The position numbers were made by a program, and so were the translations under genes. The notes beneath the pieces are model-generated. The model was not told the origin of the DNA. It saw nothing but the letters and a program-made list of their open reading frames with translations, and did no database searches. 64,000 nt of DNA from Camelus ferus. Its lineage: Eukaryota. Of this stretch, positions 54,455 to 64,000 are shown piece after piece (positions within the stretch are counted from its first letter, which is position 1; every line of letters starts with the position of its first letter). The DNA lies in NCBI RefSeq assembly GCF_009834535.1, contig NC_045696.1, forward strand, positions 71,178,001 to 71,242,000, given 5' to 3'.

Positions 54455-57400
54455 CTGCAGAGAGACAGACTCAGCTGTGGGCTGTCAAGTTCAGCTGGGA
54501 AGTTGTGGGGGCCAGGGCAGGAGGCCGGAGCAGGGAAGTGGAGATGCTGGAAGAGGAGGCATGGGCAATGCTGAGTCCCCTCACCAGGCAGGTGGGCGGG
54601 GCTGAGGCCCAGGCCGGTGTTTCCCTTCTGGGGCCCAGCAGGGCAGCACTTCCTTGGGCTGGTGCAGCGCAGAAGTAGGGAATGGAGCCAGTGAGGCATG
54701 GGTGGGGGCTGGGTGGTGGCCAGGTGCAGCAGGTAGGTGATGAAGATGGTCTCCAGCAGGCTGACCACCATCAGCGACAGACACAGGGCAAAGTAGACAC
54801 CTGAGGGCAAAGCAAATTTAAATAACCCAGGGCAGATTCCTCTGGACACTTTTTTTGAAGCTTCTTTCCCCAAATGCAAACTTTCTTCAGGACCCATTCC
54901 CTCAGTGGAGAGGCAGTGGTTCTCCTGCTACTCTCCTCCCACCATGTCTCCTTCTGCCTTTGCTTCCCTGGAAAGTGGGAGGGGCCATACTGATGAGTGG
55001 GGTGCCACTGGCCGGGAGTAAGTCATTCATCATGAGCAGGAAGACGTTGTAGCCCAGCAGAAGGGTTATCTTGAATGGGGCACGGTTCTCGCTTTCTGCC
55101 GGCAGGAAGAAGCTGAGGGAGTCAATGGCCATCAGAAAACTACTGGGCAACAGAAGGTTGATGACGTAGAGTCTGGGCCTGCGCCTGATGGCCACCTGGT
55201 GGGGAGGAGAGGTGTGGAGAATGTGGCAAATAGGCTCAAGAATGTGCCAGAGGGCTCAGCTGTGTATTTGATGATCCAACCCTTGCTGGTGTGCAGTTAG
55301 GTTGGCCATGGGAAGATCTCTTTGGGTAACAGATGCATTTAACTGTGCCCTCTACAGACGTGCCCCAATTTTGTTGTCAAAATTTCCCTTGTGTCCTACC
55401 TGCTGGGAACATGATTGTAGCCTTTTAGGGGCAAATAAGGCCCTTTGGATCATTGGGCAACTGGCTGCTCCATTCTTACGACAGCCCAGCTGTTCCTCCT
55501 CTCTGCTGGGCAGAGGCCCTGGGGATCCTTCTTCAGGGCAGTTGGGGTAGAGGGTAGAGTGAAGAGCAGGTGCTTAACCCCCTGGAACTATTTTTATATC
55601 CCAAAGTGCCTTAGACCAAGAGGAGAATCACAGAGAAACTGGGCTCAGAAGTCAAACAGGGCCCCTGGACTTACATAGAACGTGATCTGGTCATATAGAC
55701 TTCTGCCCATCAACATCTTGGGGGTAGCCTTTTTGATGTCCAGGAGCTCCCACTCCCCCTGGGTCTGAATGACGTTACGAGACATGTCTGTTATCATCCA
55801 CAGTTCCTGGGCCATGCCCAGGAGCATGCTGTCCACTGCAAGGGAGGCCGGGCAGCTCAGTGCAGAAGTGCCCTCCAGTCTCCTGCCCACAAGATTTGAT
55901 TCCTCTCCCACTGAGCTCCTTCCATCAATTCTCCTCTCTGTTCTTTTAAGGCAGGGCATCCAGGTTTTCTCAGGAGTGAGTCACAGGACCAGCAATTCAT
56001 ATACGTATGGGCTGCAGCCTTGGGGTGGTTTTGTTGTTGGAAACAAGGGGTGTCAAACTTGTTATGGGAAAATTAGATATGACTCAAACATGGGTCAAGA
56101 ACCTTTGGAGTCATTCCTGTGTTTCTTCTCAGTTCCCCAATTCTATGATGTTGTTTTAGTGGAATGAATCTTGAACAACCCTATATTTTTATAATTACAT
56201 ACATGCCCATTATAATGATTAATTTATCCAAATCTAACACAGGACACCTGGTGACATTCAGTTACATTAATTCCTGGTGTAAGTGTGTTAGCTATTAATG
56301 TTAAAAGGTTTGAGGTAAAAGTTAACAGAGCTGCTGCAGCTCAGGGTTAGGTGGGCCTCATTTGGTACAAAGGCCCTCTAAGATCTAAAGCAGTGGGTTT
56401 TGTTTATTTTTTAAAACTTTATCAAGGAGAATTAAAGCAGTAGTTCTTAACCCTGTCTGCACATTAACATCACCTGGGGAGACAGTGAAACTTCATAGTA
56501 CCTGAGCCCCATCTGGAACAATTAAGTTGGAATCTCTGGGATAATGTATACTTGCTGGTATTTTTTTAAAATGCTTTAGTGGACAGCCAGAGTCGAGAAA
56601 CACTGATCTAAAACCTTCCTACATCACTTAAATATCTTCCCCTGAACCTTAAATGGCTACCAAAACCATGGTGTCTTGCTCACCTGTGTAGAGGAAGGAC
56701 CTGAAGGTGAGCGTGCAGTTCTGTTGGTCAAAAGGGAAGTAGAAGATGTCCAGGTTACAGATGCTTGTCACCTTCACGGGCCTGTCGTACTGTATTTGAC
56801 CTCCGCTGCTGACATATGCGATGAGACCTGCAGGTGCCCCATCCACATCCATGCTGCTTATAAGAGGGAGGGAGAGGTGGGTGCAGTGAGTGCCTTGATC
56901 AGCTTTTGACTCCCTTCCCAGGTCTTCCCCTGCTGTGCTCACCTTTTGGGCTCTTTCTCTAATGTCACTCTATCTTTTCTCTTCTGCTCATAGTGTTTTG
57001 TGGGAGTCAACTAATTGAGACTGCATTCCTGTCCGAATCTGTTGGTGTCCTGGTGCCCTGCACTGACCCTCAGCTGTTCTAGGAGATGGGCTTGGTGCTG
57101 GCTTTCCCTGGCCCAGGTACGCACGATTCCATGATGAGGATGTCTGGGAGCCACAGGTTCTCAGCTAACACGGTGACCTTATGGCTGCCAACACACTCTT
57201 CTGGGTTCCAGCTGATGAAAGGATTGTCCCATGTCTGCAGCCAGGGTGGTGGGAAGCAGAGGTGAGTGATGATGGAACTTGTCCAGTGAGCCCCTCCTGC
57301 CTTTCACTTTCTTCTTTAAACTTTGATCCTCTTACTCCTTTTGGTGTCCCTCATGACCACAGTCTATCTCCCCTACTTTATTAGTCAGGTGTCATTGGCA

Positions 57401-59776
57401 AAGCATGCCTTAATTCCTTTTTTCTAGGCAGACTTTAACTAGAGCCAAAAGCCACTTGTATCAGGAACATACCACTACATTGGCCCACAACCACTTGGCC
57501 ATTTTTTTGGGTCACCATTTCTGCCTTCCTAAACTGCCCAGGGAGATTTGTGTTTTAGATGGAGTTATTTGGTCCCAGAAAGATTTATACATTGGGTAGA
57601 GGTCTGGAAAACCTTCAAGTCACACCTCAAATTTAAACTTATAATTGGAAGTGGGAAAGGGAGAGTTGAGTCTGCCTTACCATAGTAATCCACAGGAATG
57701 ATGTCAGAAGCTGGCGGTGTATGTCCTGGTAAAGAAATTCCTGTCCAGAATTATTATTGCAAAGACTTGACCCATGCCCACCACATTTTTTTTTTTGGTG
57801 GGGGAAGTAATTAGGTTTATTTATTTATTCTTAGAGGAGGTAATGGGGATTGAACCCAGGACCTCATGCATGCTAAGCATGCCCTCTACCACTTGAGCTA
57901 TACCCTCCCCCCACATATTATTATTATTGAACCATGCATAGTTCTAGTTGCTGGACTGTCTTTTCTTTCCTTGTCTCCTCTTGTATCTAGGGACAATTCA
58001 GGTTTTAATTGACATATAGACCACTTCTTTCTGGAGCATTCCAGAAAGGTCAGGACTCAAGGATAAATCCTTCCTAAAAAATGTCACTGCAGCATTCTTC
58101 TGTCTCCTCATCCCATAAGAAACCCTCTAATTGATACAAACGCTATTCAGAATACCTATTGTTCACCACTGGACCAGCACAATGTTGGGTCAACAGGGCA
58201 GAGGATCTTTATTCCCCTTTAGAAGGGATAGAAAGTGGGAACCAGGTCTCACCACTTCCAGGATGGCAGACAGGGTGAAGGAGATGTTGACTTGAGTCGG
58301 GAGGCTGAGGTTGGTGACTGGACGGAAAGCCTTTCTGTCAAACACTGCTTGGAAGGTGGCAGGATCCACCCCATGCTGGTCAAAGCCTGAGCAGTTGATG
58401 GTGAAAGTGTCTCCTGTTCCTGTAGAGAGCAGAGACCTCATAAGAGAGGGCCTATTGCCAGGGCTGGAGCCTCTCTGCAGAGAGAAAAAACAGAGGACAC
58501 ACTGGGTGAGGGTAGGTGAGCCCTCCTTCCTGGGCCAAGACACCCCAAGGCCAAAGCCCTTCCTGCCAGGGCCAGAGAGGATGGGCTGGTCTGGGAGGCA
58601 AATGGTGGAAGCTGATGTGGTGAGCTGAGTCAGTACCCTATTCTCATTCACATTGTTCATCCTCATGCAAAACCTGCTGAAATCTGTATGCAAACTTGTC
58701 CTTGGTGCAGTGCCAGCCCCTTCAAAGAGGCCTATGGTGTACCCATCAAAGTTTCTTGGGTCCACCCACCTAGTAGCACTGCTTAGCACTGTCCTGGAAC
58801 TTGTGATCAAGGTCACTGAGAAATCTGCTTTAATGATTTCTCCTCCTCATTTTCTGGGACTTCTGTTTATCCAAGGCAAGAGCTGATTTATCAAGAAGAT
58901 AGAGATACTGCAACTGCACTTACTAGGTAAACATAGGAAACGTAGTAGCTATTCTCAATGGATGCTATGTGTTTATTTTGCCCTTCACAGATGTAGTGAC
59001 CTCAGGTATCTCAGGGTTTATTTCAGCACTGGGATCATTAGGCGCTATCACTGAGCATGTACCATATGCCAATCACACAGTAAGCCCTATGTGGCTGTTT
59101 TTCCCGGCCACGGTGAGGGAGCCATCTGGGTAGTATGTGGGCGGAATCTTTGCCCTGTTTCCATTTTTGTGTTATCTTTTCCTCTGCCTATTCCTCTGTG
59201 TCTCCATGTCTTCTCTTAATGTTTAAGGTATGTACCCAGACTGGGGACAAATATTCCCTCAGGGAGGCAAAGTATCCACTCTCTCCTACCTCAGATTGAT
59301 TCCCACCTTCCTTAATATTTTACTTCTTCCTTCAGGGTGTATTTCAAGTCATGTATCTAATCAGAAGATGAGTGGCTACTCTTTTCATAACACCATATCA
59401 AAGGAAAAAGAGACTGGGAGGGTGGGATGAGGGTATGGTGAAAAGGGCATTGGAGGTCAGTAAAAGGTAGAATTAGGCAGTAAAATGGGACAGCTTGGTA
59501 GATCCATATGCAGGCTGGGATGGAGGAGCACTGTGTGTCCTGAGCAGTGTAATGTCTTTCTACCTGTTACCAAAAGGAAACCAAGCCGCTGACATTATGA
59601 AGGAAATCTTTAACATGTTAATTCTGAATGTCCTTCAAGTGCTAGAAGGAAGTTCCTAGACATCCTTCAGAACCACACTCTGGTCTTCCCCGTTCTCTCC
59701 CCATCTTACCTTGAAGCAGAAGGCTGACAGTGAGGCAGAGGAGAAATCCCCCCCTAGAGGGCCACCCCCCTTCCAT
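54225..59776 (-). CDS. HTR3C: 5-hydroxytryptamine receptor 3C-like subunit, intact 9-exon gene, 456 aa
   Basis: Exons (minus): 59710-59776, 58253-58419, 57681-57725, 57125-57234, 56684-56853, 55675-55835, 54991-55195, 54585-54800, 54225-54454. All GT-AG, 1371 nt. N-terminus [23 protein letters not shown] and [17 protein letters not shown] resemble human HTR3C. The last exon is HTR3E/HTR3D-type, so orthology is less certain than the gene model. Confidence 0.8.
54585..54800 (-). CDS. HTR3C: HTR3C-like exon 8 (TM3)
   Basis: [17 protein letters not shown]...SPAHLP; 216 nt. Confidence 0.92.
54991..55195 (-). CDS. HTR3C: HTR3C-like exon 7 (TM1-TM2)
   Basis: [15 protein letters not shown]...[20 protein letters not shown]...TPLI; 205 nt. 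Confidence 0.92.
55675..55835 (-). CDS. HTR3C: HTR3C-like exon 6
   Basis: VDSMLLGM...QTQGEWELL...LYDQITFY; 161 nt. Confidence 0.9.
56684..56853 (-). CDS. HTR3C: HTR3C-like exon 5 (Cys-loop)
   Basis: [10 protein letters not shown]...[27 protein letters not shown]; 170 nt. Confidence 0.92.
57125..57234 (-). CDS. HTR3C: HTR3C-like exon 4
   Basis: [36 protein letters not shown]; 110 nt. Confidence 0.9.
57681..57725 (-). CDS. HTR3C: HTR3C-like exon 3
   Basis: accag|[15 protein letters not shown]|gtaag; 45 nt. Confidence 0.87.
57786..57911 (-). mobile_element. tRNA-derived SINE in intron 2 of gene C
   Basis: Reverse-complement head cttgagctataccctcccc, T-tail, ccacat flanks. Confidence 0.83.
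58253..58419 (-). CDS. HTR3C: HTR3C-like exon 2
   Basis: [19 protein letters not shown]...SAILEV; 167 nt. Confidence 0.9.
59710..59776 (-). CDS. HTR3C: HTR3C-like exon 1 (signal peptide)
   Basis: ATG GAA GGG GGG TGG ... CAA G|gtaag; 67 nt. Confidence 0.85.
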
Positions 59777-62289
59777 CCTCTTCTTCTGGACTCCTCTTGC
59801 AACTCACCCCCAAATCCTGGAGCTTAAAGGAGCTCAGACCACACCTTGGTTCCTGGTTTTGAATACTGCTCATGACAGGTGACCACACTCTGGTGAGAGG
59901 CTGTGGCCAGAGAGATCACAGTAGTGTCCTGCTCTGACCCTGTCCAGGTGTGCTTTCTGGGCTCCAGGAGGGGAGGAAGTCAGGCCAAGACTAAGGGAGA
60001 AGCATCCTGTTTGGCAGCTCTGTGCTTAGATCACTAACAAAATAACTTGCCTTAATGAGAGCATGTGGGCTGGGGAAATAAGAATTATTATTTCTCTAAG
60101 GCCAGGGAATCTGCAAATTTGGAAAAGTGACAATATTTAGTGATTTGGTTATGTACAAATTGCAAATATCAAATTATAAATCTTGATTCATAGCTTCATC
60201 ATCTATTGTTTATATTTTTTCCAGTAGCCCCTAGCTGGATTTCCTCTGTCCAATCTTTCTGCCTCCCTGATTCATTCTTCCCCAAACTAATGTTCTCCAT
60301 ACATTTTTTTACTCTATGCATTGATTACATGATAATAGAAGCCATTAAATTAATATAGCAGATCTGTTTTTAAAACCTTTGTGTGGTCAATAGTGTCATA
60401 CATTATCACAAACTAGAAATCTCAGCTAACATCAGTATTAGTAGCCTGAGTCAATATTATGTCTTATGTCACATCTCTATAAAAAACGCAATTGGACCAA
60501 ATGAATGAATTGGAGCATTGTTATATTAAGTATCTTAGTTACATTTCCAGAAAGACTTGGAAATTTTTTTTCTTGCATAAAGGGTGAAGAGTCAGACCTA
60601 GAATACAAAAGAAACTTTGTTCAGGATGGAAGATCGTGACAGCCCAAAGTAGAAACTGCTAGGGAAGGCAGGGATGACTTAGGGGCGCAGAGAGGGAAAT
60701 TCCAGGACAGAGGGTTGCAATATCATCTGTCTGAAGTTTGAAATATCTGCAGTCCTTCAGCCTCACCAGCTCTGTAAGTCAGTTCTCTTCTTTGGAAACT
60801 TGGCCAAAGGATTGGGCCATCATGTCATGCAGGGCCAAAGTACTGCTGTGTCTGTCTCCACATGGACACACCCACGGGGCACTGGACTCCTGGACTGGCT
60901 AAGAGTGAAGGACTTTCAAGGGATGCTTGAGTTCCAGTGGTAGACCAGGCTCCCAGGCCTTAGATCGAGGAAAGGAGAGTTAACTTTAAGCCCTGCTGAA
61001 AGTGGTTGATGTATATCTTGTTTTTATCAAAGTTGGCTGAAAAATGGGACCTAAGTCCTGATTGGACTCAGCAGTACATTTAGCTGCCATGAGACAGAGG
61101 TGATAGTGCTGAGGACACGGCTGGGTTTCCGAGCCCTTCATGTTTGGGGGGCAGTCTTGGATCTATTGGAGGATACCACTGCTTGGGTGTGGGCGTTTCT
61201 AGACACCTTTGCATTCCCCTGGGGTTTCCTAAATGTTAGTTGCAGTGAAGCCATGGGCATCCTAACCTGGAAAAGCATTTTCATCATCCTCTAGCTGCCT
61301 CTTGTTTTGGAGGATGGCCCCGTGCACCATGAGCAAGCCTTCCTGGGAGGGTAGAGAGCCGAGGTGAAGAATCTCTGGAAACTGCGGTACCATCAAAGCC
61401 CTCAGGCTTCACACCTGGTCACCTCCTTAGTGGTCTCACTCCTAGTCTGCGTTTCTAAATCATCCTCCACTGTGCAGCCGGTGTAATTTGAAATGCAGAT
61501 CTGACCATATCCTTCTTATATATAAAATATTTCAATCACTCCTATTGTCTATAGCAGCTTTGTTAAGGTTGCTGAGACAGAATTTCCAACAAGTTTCTCA
61601 GGTGCTGCTTTAGCTACTCATCCTGGGATCACACTGAGAGAACTACTGGCCTGTAGGATGAAATCTCTCTCCTTAGCATGATGTAAAGGACTCCCTGGCT
61701 GAAGGGCCATCTAGCTCTCCATCATTTTTGTCTTGGATTTTATGTTATAAAAGAGTTGTTCTTATCTTTAATATGTATCAGAATTACCTAATTGCCTTAC
61801 TCTCACCACTGTGGCCCTAAATCAGAATCTCAACCCCAGATCAGAATTGCAGGCATAGTACTCAGGAATTTATGTTTTAAACTGGATCCACAGCTGATTC
61901 TCATGCAGGTGGATCTTGGGCTACACAGAAACACTGCCTATTAAATAGCACCCACTCAATGTGTGATTTTACGCCTCCACATTCTTGTGACCTAAAATAC
62001 ACCTTCCTTCTGCTATTGTTCTCTTGTCCCACTAATAAATTCTTAAGGACTCAGTGCAACTTAAGCATTCAGTGAAGCCTTCCTCCTCAATCTCTCCCTC
62101 TCCTCTCTCTCTCACGCACACACACATACGCCTGAATACTGTTGTGACCCTTAAACTGGAAACATCTCTTTACATGTGTATCTCCCCTCCTGCTCTGTAA
62201 CTTCATGGAGAGCAGGAAGCATATCTTTTTTTTTTTTTTTGGCCCTCTCCAGTGTGTGGCATATAGGAATAAGTAGTCAATAAATGCTT

Positions 62290-63308
62290 TTAAAATTGAA
62301 AGGTAGTTGATTTACAATATTAGCTTCAGGTATACAACATAGTAATTCAGTGTTTCGATAGATTATACTCCATTTAAAATATAAAATATTGGCTGTATTC
62401 CCTGTGCTGTATAATATATGTCCTCATAGCTTATTTATTTTACACATAGTAGTTTGTACCTCTTAATCCCCTATCCTTGTGTTGCCCCTCCCTCCTTCCC
62501 TGTACCCACTGGTAACCATTAGTTTGTTCTCTGTATCTGTGAGTCTGTTTCTGTTTTGTTATATTCATTCATTTGTTTTATTTTCTAGATTCCACATGTA
62601 AATGATAACATACAGTATTTGTCTTTCTCTGTCTGACTTATTTCACTAAATATCATACCCTCTAGGTCTATCCATGTTGTTGCAAATGGCAGAATTTCAT
62701 TCTTTTTTGTGTCTGAGTATTATTCCACTATATATATTATATATAGTATTATAATAGTATTCCTATACATACATAGATATATCTCACATCTTTATTCATT
62801 TGTTGATGGACACTTAGGTTGCTTTTCATATCTTGGTTATTGTAAATAATGCTGCTATGAACATTGGGGTGCATATATCATTTCAAATTTGTGTTTTCAT
62901 TTTCTTCAGATATATACTCTTGCGTTGAATTGCTGGATCATATTGTAGTTCTATTCTTAATATTTTGAGAAATCTCCATACTGTCTTCCATAGTGGCTGC
63001 ACCAATTTACATTCTTACCAACTGGTGTACTAGGGTTCCCTTTTTTCCACATCCTCACCAATACTTGTTATTTGTAGACTTTTTGATGACAGCCATTCAG
63101 ACAGATGTAAGGTGATGTTTCATAGTGGTTTTGATTTGCATTTCTCTGATGATCAGCAATAAGAGTTTAATGTGCAAAATATATAAACAGCTCATACAAC
63201 TCAATATCAAAAAAACCAAACAACCTGATTAAAAATGAGCAGAAATCCTAAATAGACATTTTTCCAAAGAAGATATACAGATGGCCAATAGGCATGAAAA
63301 GATGCTCA
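62290..63308 (-). mobile_element. LINE-1 3' end with 5' inversion
   Basis: Antisense L1 to about 63160, then sense L1 at 63161-63308. Confidence 0.8.
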
Positions 63309-64000
63309 GAAAATGTTAATGAAATACCTGGCCTGTCAGTTCATTATGATGGGGTGAGAGACGCAGGCACCTTTGGCAGAGGTAAGAAAGGTGACTGAGA
63401 TCCTCATGGGAGTCCTGAGGCCAGATCAGAGAAGTTACCTGTTGTTCCCCTGGTGTTGCTGAGGTGTGGGCCTCCACCTTGGGTACAGTTTGGTAGAGCT
63501 GGGGGTTGGCAGAAACAAAACAGTCTGCAGCAGGTGGAATCCAGAGGGCTGGAGCCAGGGCCCAGCCTTTTATTTCTGATTGCTGCCTCTAAGTTTGCAA
63601 GAAGGCTAGGCTTAGAATGGCCTAACCAGAGCTACCATTTATGAAGTTCGTGCCGCATGCTCTATGCTCTGTTATGTACTTTACTTACAGTATTCATATC
63701 CTTACAACTGCTTTGAAAGGGCAGCACTATTACTCCCATTTTACAGATTAGAAAACTGAGGTGCAGAGAGGTAAAAAAATCTTGGTCAGTGTCCACCCAG
63801 GTGGAAATTTGTAGAATCCAGATTCAAACCCAGGCCAGTCTGGTTCCATTGTTCTTTCTTGCTCTTTTCATTACTCCATAGCTGGGAAGTCTTGTGAACT
63901 AGATTATTAGGCTCCTAGGTTTCCACAAGTGAAACCCTTGGACCTAGACCATGTTTGGATCTGAAGGCAAACAGGGGAATAGGAGCTGTAGTTTTGCAAG

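Noticed and set aside
54136..54897. 253-aa ORF as a single-exon gene
   Set aside because: It is exon 8 read through flanking introns and then out of frame into exon 9.
58420..58816. Long in-frame extension upstream of gene C exon 2 (208-aa ORF)
   Set aside because: Begins at a non-ATG codon, lacks signal-peptide character and is not conserved in genes A or B; a canonical exon 1 exists at 59710-59776.
60030..64000. A fourth HTR3 paralogue (HTR3D)
   Set aside because: No TM3/TM4 or other HTR3 exon motifs found in this interval.

Overview
Mammalian genomic DNA, probably camelid given its tRNA-derived SINE family, containing a minus-strand tandem cluster of three 9-exon 5-HT3 receptor (Cys-loop channel) subunit genes. 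I traced all exons by hand. (A) An intact HTR3E-like gene, CDS 22180->15607, 456 aa, with an alternative in-frame start in intron 1 supplied by a MIR. (B) A disabled HTR3C-like paralogue, 43950->38872, with a Cys-loop nonsense codon, two frameshifts and four damaged splice sites. (C) An intact gene, 59776->54225, 456 aa, with an HTR3C-type N-terminus but an HTR3E-type last exon. The most notable signal is patchwork gene conversion: TM/intracellular-loop exons 7-9 are homogenised between paralogues (exon 8 A vs C 6/216 mismatches) while extracellular exons are divergent (exon 3 15/45). The rest is mostly repeats: L1s (one near full-length with TSDs), LTRs, MIR/L2 and DNA transposons. It also holds a full-length RPL32 processed pseudogene and an unidentified TSD-flanked retrocopy, both nested in one L1. 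No wholly new biological system can be supported from sequence alone. Orthologue names and repeat family names rest on remembered reference sequences, not on searches.
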